Of a stretch of 42,665 bases of DNA, positions 36,381-42,665 are shown piece by piece (positions within the stretch are counted from its first letter, which is position 1; every line of letters begins with the position of its first letter). The notes under the pieces were generated by a model. It did no database searches and was not told the DNA's origin. It worked only from the letters and a program-made list of their open reading frames with translations. The stretch is from Sedimentisphaerales bacterium (GTDB lineage Bacteria > Planctomycetota > Phycisphaerae > Sedimentisphaerales > Anaerobacaceae): contig JAVVFI010000001.1 of assembly GCA_032250555.1 (NCBI GenBank), positions 1 to 42,665 of the forward strand, in the 5' to 3' direction. Made by a program: the position numbers and the translations under genes.

Positions 36381-37189
36381 TGGCAGTCCTTGAGATCACA
36401 TACGACCTGTTCTTCGTCCTTCAATTCAGTTATTTGTGGTTTTTCACCGCACAGTGGGCAGTCGGGATTTCGGTTTAATTTGATCGAACGAAAGTTCATT
36501 TCGAGCGCATCATACGTCAACAATGTTCCGGTCAGCAGCTTGCCGAGGCCAAGCAAATACTTTATTGCCTCTGTTGCCTGCAATGAACCAATAACCCCGG
36601 CCAGAACACCAAGTACGCCGGCCTGCGAACACGATGGCACCGCATTGGCAGGGGGCGGAGCATTAAAGATACAGCGATAGCACGTGGTTTCGCCGGGCAA
36701 TATTGTTATCAACTGCCCGTGGAAACGCAAAATCCCTGCATGTGAAAGCGGTATCTTCTCAAAATAACACGCATCGTTAATTAGAAATTTGGCGCCGAAA
36801 TTGTCCGTACCGTCAATTACAAAATCGTACTTACGAATAACGTCTGATATATTCTTGGCATCCACTCTTCTCTGGTAGGTCTGGACGGTGACATCCGGAT
36901 TTATGGCCCGCATCTTGTTTTCGGCGGATTTAATCTTTTCGACGCCTACATCACTTGTATGATGGATTATCTGGCGTTGCAGGTTTGATAAATCCACCTT
37001 ATCATAATCTACAATCCCAATCGTTCCAACCCCGGCTGCGGCAAGGTATAATCCCGCCGGGGCGCCAAGACCGCCCGCACCTATAATCAACACTTTGGAG
37101 TTCAGCAGTTTTTCCTGACCTGCACCGCCAACCTGCTCCAGGATTATATGTCGGCTGTATCTTTCTATTTGTTTTTCAGTTAGAGACAC
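36374..37189 (-). CDS. ThiF/MoeB/HesA-family E1-like adenylyltransferase (HcyF/MoeZ-like, no rhodanese domain)
   Basis: 271 aa. GAGGLGAPAGLYLAAAGVG nucleotide loop, DLSNLQRQ, CYRC...CPLC zinc motif. GTG start preceded by GGGAGG, which is encoded by the Gly codons of the carrier gene. Confidence 0.85.
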   Translation of the reverse strand: MSLTEKQIERYSRHIILEQVGGAGQEKLLNSKVLIIGAGGLGAPAGLYLAAAGVGTIGIVDYDKVDLSNLQRQIIHHTSDVGVEKIKSAENKMRAINPDVTVQTYQRRVDAKNISDVIRKYDFVIDGTDNFGAKFLINDACYFEKIPLSHAGILRFHGQLITILPGETTCYRCIFNAPPPANAVPSCSQAGVLGVLAGVIGSLQATEAIKYLLGLGKLLTGTLLTYDALEMNFRSIKLNRNPDCPLCGEKPQITELKDEEQVVCDLKDCQC

Positions 37190-37391
37190 TTCCGCCTCCC
37201 ATAAAATATAAAAATTCCACTTTATCGTCGTCCTTTAGTACCGTCTCTTCAAACTTGCTTCTTTTCAGAATCTGCCCGTTGAGTTCCACCGACACCATAT
37301 CCGGCATCTGTACATTCTCCTGAGCCAGAAGTTGATTCACAGTCAAACCATCATTAATATTAGTCTCTTTGCCATTTATAACAAGATTCAT
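37176..37391 (-). CDS. ThiS/MoaD-family sulfur-carrier protein with a 4-residue extension after the Gly-Gly
   Basis: 71 aa. ThiS-like pattern (INGKE...LNGQIL...DDDKVEFLYFMGGG) ending GGG-SVSN. Its start overlaps the metY stop (ATGA). Confidence 0.8.
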   Translation of the reverse strand: MNLVINGKETNINDGLTVNQLLAQENVQMPDMVSVELNGQILKRSKFEETVLKDDDKVEFLYFMGGGSVSN

Positions 37392-38638
37392 TTTGTCTCC
37401 TTGAAAGCTATTTCTATTGCCTGCTGAAAATCAGCCTTTATATCCTCAAAATCCTCGATACCGACCGACACACGGACCATATCCTCGGTAACTCCCATTT
37501 TATTCTGTTCAGCAATGGTGAAATCATGAAATATAGTAGAGGCCGGATGTACGACCAATGTTTTCGCATCACCAAGATTTGCAAGGTTCTTTGCCAGCTT
37601 AAGTGAATCGATAAAACTAAATGCCCGTTGCTTATCACCAAGCCCGAAAGTGAGCAGCCCCCCGCCGCGACCGGCAAACAGCTTTGTAACTCTTTCGCTA
37701 AACCTGCTGTCCGCCAATCCCGGATAATTCACCCAGGATACTTTAGGATGGTCCTGTAGAATTTGGGCTAATTTCCCTGCGTTTTCATTGTGTTTGATCA
37801 TTCTTACCGGCAAAGTATCTAAACCCTGCAGCATAAGAAAGGAATTCATCGGAGCAGGACAGCCCCCAAGATCGCAATAAATTAGGTTCCGCAAATTCGC
37901 AAGGAAAGCTAATTGCCCGACTCTCTGAGATACATCTCTTATATCATCAAACACCCCTTTCCTCCAGTTATAGTTACCCGTATCGATTATTGCCCCGCCA
38001 ATCGCCGTGCCGTGCCCGTTAATAAACTTTGATGTCGAATGAACAACAATATCGGCACCGAAATCCACAGGCCTGATTATAAAAGGCGTAGTAACGGTAT
38101 TATCAACAACCAAAGGCAAATTGGCCTTGTGAGCAATATCAGCTATCGCCGCTATATCAGGTACATCCATTCGAGGATTGCCGATAGTCTCGATAAAAAT
38201 CAGTTTTGTCTTTTCATTGATAGCTTCTGCAAATTGATTCGTCTCTGCACCATCAACAAAGTTGGTCTTTACTCCGAACCGCCCTAAAGTATTTTCAAAT
38301 AAAGATACCGTCCCGCCGAATATGCCCGTCGCTGCGATTATCTCGTCTCCGGCCCTCGTTAAACTCATCACAACCGACGCGATAGCCGCCATACCGCTGG
38401 AAGTGGCAATGCAGCCGATCCCGTCTTCAAGCAGAGTCAGTCTGACCTCGAGAGCGGTAGTGGTTGGATTCGCAATCCGTGTATAGATATACCCCGGAGC
38501 TTTGCCGTGAAAAACATCGGCAAGCTCCTGGGCTGTTTTATAAGCATAGGATACGGTCTGGCAAATCGGTACTGCCGAAGCACCGCTGATACTATCGCCT
38601 GCAAAACCACCGTGAATTGACAAAGTTTCTGGTTTCAT
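37388..38638 (-). CDS. metY: O-acetylhomoserine sulfhydrylase (Cys/Met-metabolism PLP enzyme)
   Basis: 416 aa. HSTSKFINGHG (PLP Lys) and overall MetY/MetZ-like pattern (ETLSIHGG..., YTRIANPT). Confidence 0.8.
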   Translation of the reverse strand: MKPETLSIHGGFAGDSISGASAVPICQTVSYAYKTAQELADVFHGKAPGYIYTRIANPTTTALEVRLTLLEDGIGCIATSSGMAAIASVVMSLTRAGDEIIAATGIFGGTVSLFENTLGRFGVKTNFVDGAETNQFAEAINEKTKLIFIETIGNPRMDVPDIAAIADIAHKANLPLVVDNTVTTPFIIRPVDFGADIVVHSTSKFINGHGTAIGGAIIDTGNYNWRKGVFDDIRDVSQRVGQLAFLANLRNLIYCDLGGCPAPMNSFLMLQGLDTLPVRMIKHNENAGKLAQILQDHPKVSWVNYPGLADSRFSERVTKLFAGRGGGLLTFGLGDKQRAFSFIDSLKLAKNLANLGDAKTLVVHPASTIFHDFTIAEQNKMGVTEDMVRVSVGIEDFEDIKADFQQAIEIAFKETK

Positions 38639-38665
38639 TTTTCAGCTTTACCTCTTTACTTTTTA

Positions 38666-39379
38666 CTATATCTGGTAGTCAAGCAAAGGCTTTGTGTGGA
38701 TACCGCACTCACCGCCGCACTTGCTCGTTCCGATCCAACGGCCGGCCCGCTCGTCAACACCCTGAGCGATTTTCGTGCATGGTGCGCAACCAAGAGACCT
38801 GTAACCTTCGTTATAAAGCGGATTAACAGGTACATCATTTAAGGCCAGATACTGCCATATTTCTCGTTCATACCATATAAGAATGGGATTTAGCTTTATC
38901 AGGCCTTTGTCCAGCTCTTCCACTTCTTTGTAATTCGTTCGCGTCCGGCCCTCGGTGCAGCGAAGCCCTGTGACCCAGCACTCAACGTTCATTTCCTGAA
39001 CAGCCTGCCTCACAGGTTGAACCTTTAGGATTTCGCAGCACTTGTCAGGATCGGTTTCATAAAGCTTATCCGAAATTTTTTCCTCATTGCTGAAAACCTT
39101 CAACTCCGGATATCTGGCAACTTCTTCTGCCATAAACTGCTTCGTTTCCTTTGGTTTGAACCTTGTAGTAACTATGAAGCCTCGAATCTTCGGACTTACA
39201 CGTTTCGCAAGATGCCATACAGCGCTGGAATCTTTACCAAGGCTGTTCGCAACTACCAGATTATCGCCGAATTCCTTGTAAGCACGATCAATCAATTCCA
39301 GTGAGCGATCTACCTTCTCTGCAAAATTTAGCTTCTCGACAAGCTCTACAACATTTTCTGTAACTTCTTGAATTAACAT
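38666..39379 (-). CDS. cysH: Adenylylsulfate (APS)/PAPS reductase, CysH family; Fe-S (APS-type) signature present
   Basis: 237 aa. PAPS_reduct fold. C-terminal ECGIH (the ECGLH motif). The CC (DKCCEIL) plus CAPC cysteine pairs are characteristic of the [4Fe-4S] APS-reductase subclass. Confidence 0.8.
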   Translation of the reverse strand: MLIQEVTENVVELVEKLNFAEKVDRSLELIDRAYKEFGDNLVVANSLGKDSSAVWHLAKRVSPKIRGFIVTTRFKPKETKQFMAEEVARYPELKVFSNEEKISDKLYETDPDKCCEILKVQPVRQAVQEMNVECWVTGLRCTEGRTRTNYKEVEELDKGLIKLNPILIWYEREIWQYLALNDVPVNPLYNEGYRSLGCAPCTKIAQGVDERAGRWIGTSKCGGECGIHTKPLLDYQI

Positions 39380-39491
39380 AACCTTAAATCTCCTTGTAAC
39401 ATAACTGTAACTAACGTAAAGTGTTAAATCTGATACTTTGGAGGCTGCCGGCTCGTATCGGAAGTAGCCTCTTTTTTAAAGCTTACTTTTC

Positions 39492-40535
39492 TCATAACAA
39501 TCCAACCTTATTCGCTATCACCGTAAACATGAATGACAAACCTAAAGCAATTAATGGTGCTATAACCCAAACCGTTAATAGTTTCTTTATGGTGGCTGTA
39601 CAGACAAAACTTACGCCTCTCCTATTTGTTTTGCCGATACCTAACCCGATTATTGCTGCCGTATTTAATTGAACTAATGATGTAGGGATACCTTTAATAA
39701 CTGATGCAAGTAATAGTAGAGTTGCTGTAACAACTGAGATTAAAATTGCCCCTAAAGGTCCAATCTCTGTTATCTCTTTTCCGGTTGTTTGCACTACCCT
39801 TTGACCAAAAAGTGAGCTTCCAATACCAAAGCATGGAGTAATAAGCAATACAGAAAGAATCATAATAAGTAAAGGATTCTCTCCGTTTGTACCAATATCT
39901 AATTCGTTAAAAACCATTGATGCTATAGGACCTGATACATTTGCTACATTATTAGAACCAATTGCAAAAGCTACATAACACGATGCCAGTATTACAATAA
40001 TTTTCAATGAAGGATGATTAGATATTTGTTCAAATTTAATTTTTCCTCTTTCATTTATTGGGCCCCATACAAATTTTCCAATAATTACTGTAATTCCAAA
40101 AGATACAAATGGTAGTATCAGCCATGTAGGTATTATTTCAAAAAACAGTTTGTGTGTTTTGAGAATATCAAAATAAATAGCAGGACCAATAAGGGCAAAG
40201 ACTGTAGCTTGACTTGTCGACTGAGGGATTCTTAACAAATTTGCCATCAAAATGGAAAGGCAGACTGATAACAAAATTATTGTGGTCAGGGTTATACCCA
40301 TTACTTCTCCCGGCAAGATACCTTTACCAATTGTCAACACGACCTTCTTGCCACCTATTATGGCACCAAAAAAGACAAACAACCCAAATAATCCCGGTAT
40401 CAAATCTTTCCTTATAATGTTTGAACCATAAGCGGCAGAAAAGGATGGTGATGTTCCACTTCCGCCCATATTTATTGCTAAAAACATTGCCACAAGGAAC
40501 GGAACAAGAAGTATAGAAAACATTGGCGATAACAT
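39492..40535 (-). CDS. PiT (Pho4)-family anion permease, probable sulfate permease (CysP-like) by context
   Basis: Polytopic. AIGSNNVANVSGP resembles the PiT signature GANDVAN. Start moved to the ATG at 40535 (GAGG 7 nt upstream), because the longer ORF to 40652 overlaps the DUF2061 gene. The B. subtilis sulfate permease CysP belongs to this family. Confidence 0.7.
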   Translation of the reverse strand: MLSPMFSILLVPFLVAMFLAINMGGSGTSPSFSAAYGSNIIRKDLIPGLFGLFVFFGAIIGGKKVVLTIGKGILPGEVMGITLTTIILLSVCLSILMANLLRIPQSTSQATVFALIGPAIYFDILKTHKLFFEIIPTWLILPFVSFGITVIIGKFVWGPINERGKIKFEQISNHPSLKIIVILASCYVAFAIGSNNVANVSGPIASMVFNELDIGTNGENPLLIMILSVLLITPCFGIGSSLFGQRVVQTTGKEITEIGPLGAILISVVTATLLLLASVIKGIPTSLVQLNTAAIIGLGIGKTNRRGVSFVCTATIKKLLTVWVIAPLIALGLSFMFTVIANKVGLL

Positions 40536-40617
40536 AAATCTACCTCTTAAATGGCGATTCTCATTAATGTTCTGTGTATTTTCAAAGTGCAGAAGGCATC
40601 TGAAATACTGTAAATCA

Positions 40618-40839
40618 TTATATTTGATACTCCGGCGACTTCTTTTTGCCAAAACTCAACCGATTCCACAGCCGTTCATGGAAGTAAAATGCCGCTATCT
40701 TAATTACTGTATCCAATAGGCCAATTTGTGCGGCTAAATCAAGTCTGCGAGTCAGAATCCAAGCAACTGCAAAAGTAACCACGGTCCCACCGGTACGCCA
40801 GGTTATTGCCTTCGCTATGCTTCTAGCATGTGATTCCAT
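40618..40839 (-). CDS. DUF2061-family small membrane protein
   Basis: 73 aa. SIAKAITWRTGGTVVTF...DTVIKIAAFYFHERLW matches my recollection of DUF2061, a family often linked to sulfate-activation genes. Confidence 0.6.
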   Translation of the reverse strand: MESHARSIAKAITWRTGGTVVTFAVAWILTRRLDLAAQIGLLDTVIKIAAFYFHERLWNRLSFGKKKSPEYQI

Positions 40840-40930
40840 AAGTTATTGCTTCCTATTCCATAGCTTACCTATGGTGTTACTGGGTTATATAATAAAAAAT
40901 AAATGTTCATGAAAAATCTGTCCTCTCTAA

Positions 40931-41377
40931 TTAAATATTGTAATTTGGAACACACTTCTCTCTTTTAGCCTTTTCAAAGTCTATCAAGTCAGCAAATGTC
41001 TTGTTTGTGCAAACCTCAGATATTGATTGATTCACTTCCCGCCAAAGCTCCTTAAAGGCTTCGTTTCCAAATAATGAGGTGTCTCCATTATCTTTGAAGG
41101 CTTCTGGAGCTACTGATATTTCGCCCTGGATATATTCAACGACTTCTCTGACTGTCAGCGTCTTAGGATCTCTTGCTAATAAATAGCCGCCTTCATTGCC
41201 TCGTCTTGATTCGACAAACCCGCCATGTTTGAGTTCATTAAGTATAATCTCAGTAAATCGTTGAGATATCCTTTGGGAACTGGCGATATCATGAGTTTTA
41301 ACTGTTTCACCGGTATTTCGCCGGGCAATCTCAAGTATTGCCTTTAAGGCGTATTGGCATTTCTTTGATATTTTCAT
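40931..41377 (-). CDS. Rrf2-family transcriptional regulator lacking the Fe-S Cys triad (CymR-like)
   Basis: MKISKKCQYALKAILEIA... winged-HTH of the Rrf2 family, with only one Cys in the C-terminal half. Start set at the ATG 41377 (GAGGA 9 nt upstream). Confidence 0.8.
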   Translation of the reverse strand: MKISKKCQYALKAILEIARRNTGETVKTHDIASSQRISQRFTEIILNELKHGGFVESRRGNEGGYLLARDPKTLTVREVVEYIQGEISVAPEAFKDNGDTSLFGNEAFKELWREVNQSISEVCTNKTFADLIDFEKAKREKCVPNYNI

Positions 41378-41396
41378 ATAAATCAATCCTCATTAT

Positions 41397-41425
41397 TTCT
41401 ATCGGAATACTATTCTATCGGAATA
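41397..41425. promoter_or_regulatory. Tandem direct repeat TTCTATCGGAATA x2 (16-bp period), candidate Rrf2 operator
   Basis: Exact 13-mers at 41397..41409 and 41413..41425, 20-48 nt upstream of the Rrf2 ATG. The second copy is part of the inverted repeat TATTC-N5-GAATA. Confidence 0.45.
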
Positions 41426-41522
41426 AATGTTCGCTGTCAACAGTTTTTTCATAAAATATTTGCAAATATATTTAAATACCTGAAAAAAACGCTGTTTTTC
41501 GTTAAATTTTTGACAACATAAG

Positions 41523-41558
41523 TTGACAAATTACCGTAATATGCTACTAATGCAGTAG
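41523..41558 (+). promoter_or_regulatory. Candidate sigma-70 promoter for the plus-strand Rrf2-cysE unit, with overlapping palindrome
   Basis: TTGACA (41523..41528), 17-nt spacer, ACTAAT (41546..41551). CTACT-AATGC-AGTAG inverted repeat (41544..41558) overlaps the -10. A second TTGACA lies at 41510..41515. Confidence 0.35.
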
Positions 41559-41579
41559 GAAATTATAAGGAACTTAATT

Positions 41580-42014
41580 ATGAAACTTTCTACTCGAACC
41601 AGATATGGGATACGGGCAATATTGGAATTGGCACAAAATTACGGTAATGGGCCTTTACAATTGAGAATTATTGCACGTGATCAGGGAGTATCTATAAAAT
41701 ATCTGGAACAATTAATGGCAATGCTAAAAGCAGCAGGCATTGTCAGGAGCGTGAGAGGATCCAAAGGAGGGTACATCCTGGCTAAATCACCTGGTCAGGT
41801 TAAAGTCAGTGAGTGTTTTCAATGCCTGGAAGGATCTGTAATTACAACTGAGTGTGTTGAAGACGAAAGTTTTTGTGAAAGAACGAGTGATTGTATTGCC
41901 AGGCAGGTATGGACAGAAGTTCAGGAGGCCGTTATGGGAGTTTTACAATCAATGACATTACAAAATCTTGTTGACAGAGCAAAAAATGATAAAGCGATAC
42001 ATTACCATATATAA
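41580..42014 (+). CDS. Rrf2-family transcriptional regulator with Cys cluster (probable Fe-S binding, IscR/NsrR-like)
   Basis: MKLSTRTRYGIRAILELA... Rrf2 HTH. C-terminal ECVEDESFCERTSDC gives C-x6-C-x5-C, close to the IscR/NsrR ligand spacing. Confidence 0.8.
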   Translation: MKLSTRTRYGIRAILELAQNYGNGPLQLRIIARDQGVSIKYLEQLMAMLKAAGIVRSVRGSKGGYILAKSPGQVKVSECFQCLEGSVITTECVEDESFCERTSDCIARQVWTEVQEAVMGVLQSMTLQNLVDRAKNDKAIHYHI

Positions 42015-42023
42015 GGCTTGAAA

Positions 42024-42665
42024 ATGAAAAAGAAAAAATTAACTTCCCGAAAAATGGAAAAACTGGTCAGTGAAATTGCCCAAACATATAAAGATGACAC
42101 CGGTATAAATTTCATTGATGTCTCTAATCTGCCAATCCGACGAAAGATTTTGAAAATCCTTGAGTTACTGACTGAGGTCCTTTTCCCCGGCTATACAGGA
42201 ACAAGAACGGTAACGAAATCAAATATCAGTTTCATCGTCGGTGATATTCTCTGTCAGGTCTATACAGAGCTTTCGGAACAGATAGAACGGGCTTTTCAAT
42301 ACCAGTGCAGAATTAAGAAGTGCGAAGGCTGTGATTGCCGGTCAATGGCGGAAAAGGCTACACAACATTTGCTGTCAAAACTTCCGAAAATCAGAGAGCT
42401 GTTAAAAGGTGATGTCGGTGCGGCCTTCGGTGGAGACCCTGCGGCAAAGTCTTTTGAGGAAATTGTGATAAGTTATCCCTGTATCATGGCGATTGCCACC
42501 TATCGCATTGCTCACGAGCTGTATCTAAAACAAGTACCGTTAATTCCAAGGATAATGACTGAATGCGCCCATTCAAAGACAGGGATCGATATAAATCCCG
42601 GAGCCAAGATAGGCAAAAACTTCTTTGTCGATCACGGTACGGGTGTTGTAGTTGGTGAAACATCC
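42024..42665 (+). CDS. cysE: Serine O-acetyltransferase, 3' end outside window
   Basis: Open frame from the ATG at 42024 to the window edge (not in the ORF track because it has no stop). Ends in GIDINPGAKIGKNFFVDHGTGVVVGET, the hexapeptide-repeat active-site region of CysE. Confidence 0.85.
   Translation, partial: MKKKKLTSRKMEKLVSEIAQTYKDDTGINFIDVSNLPIRRKILKILELLTEVLFPGYTGTRTVTKSNISFIVGDILCQVYTELSEQIERAFQYQCRIKKCEGCDCRSMAEKATQHLLSKLPKIRELLKGDVGAAFGGDPAAKSFEEIVISYPCIMAIATYRIAHELYLKQVPLIPRIMTECAHSKTGIDINPGAKIGKNFFVDHGTGVVVGETS

Noticed and set aside
35970-37391. ThiS-like + E1-like + JAMM trio as a ubiquitin-like conjugation or anti-phage (Bil/CBASS-accessory type) system
   Set aside because: No E2-like gene or effector is present. 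The trio is translationally coupled to metY and sulfite reductase inside a sulfur-assimilation operon, which fits a biosynthetic sulfur-carrier role much better.
39441-39477. Hairpin GAGGCT...AGCCTC followed by TTTTTT on the plus strand, resembling an intrinsic terminator
   Set aside because: No plus-strand gene ends here. On the coding (minus) strand the T-run precedes the stem, so it cannot terminate the cysP-cysH transcript. At most it is an antisense terminator or an mRNA structural element.
40536-40652. N-terminal extension of the PiT permease ORF overlapping the DUF2061 gene
   Set aside because: The extension is hydrophilic with no family similarity and overlaps the upstream gene. The internal ATG at 40535 has a GAGG SD and begins directly with the first TM helix.
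1-42665. Scan for CRISPR arrays, rRNA/tRNA genes, transposases, integrases, toxin-antitoxin pairs and known defence-system genes
   Set aside because: No regularly spaced direct repeats, no structured RNA genes and no mobile-element or defence-type proteins could be recognised. The only repeated units are the three diverged YHS paralogues and short operator-like repeats.

Overview
Bacterial (diderm) chromosomal window of about 40 genes. No rRNA, tRNA, CRISPR array, transposase or integrase was recognisable by eye. Left to right: (1) a 5'-truncated S8 subtilase, a thioredoxin-fold redoxin, a Spondin_N-like secreted protein, and an ECF sigma / soluble zinc anti-sigma pair followed by a small secreted protein whose signal peptide is broken at an (AT)5 repeat. 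(2) A glycoside-hydrolase / beta-lactamase-fold fusion protein. (3) An exported FMN-binding protein paired with a NapH-like membrane polyferredoxin. (4) A minus-strand sugar-acid operon: GntP permease, FGGY kinase, DapA/YjhH-like aldolase, YjhG/YagF-like dehydratase and a class II ketose-bisphosphate aldolase. (5) A metallophosphoesterase and an 800+ aa orphan secreted protein. (6) A CsoR-controlled copper efflux operon: csoR, an orphan TM-HAMP protein, cusC, an enlarged cusB, three tandem YHS/TRASH-like periplasmic proteins and an oversized cusA. (7) A long minus-strand sulfur-assimilation operon: Rrf2 regulator, DUF2061, PiT-type permease, APS reductase, metY, ThiS-like carrier, E1-like adenylyltransferase, JAMM protease, sulfite reductase with a C-terminal TusA-like domain, cysK and mnmA. 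It is divergent from a second Cys-rich Rrf2 regulator plus cysE (3'-truncated). The two best candidates for poorly described biology are the sulfur-carrier module coupled to the sulfite reductase-TusA fusion, and the cus operon carrying three YHS-like paralogues plus a coupled orphan HAMP protein. All calls rest on motif recognition by eye; no database search was possible.
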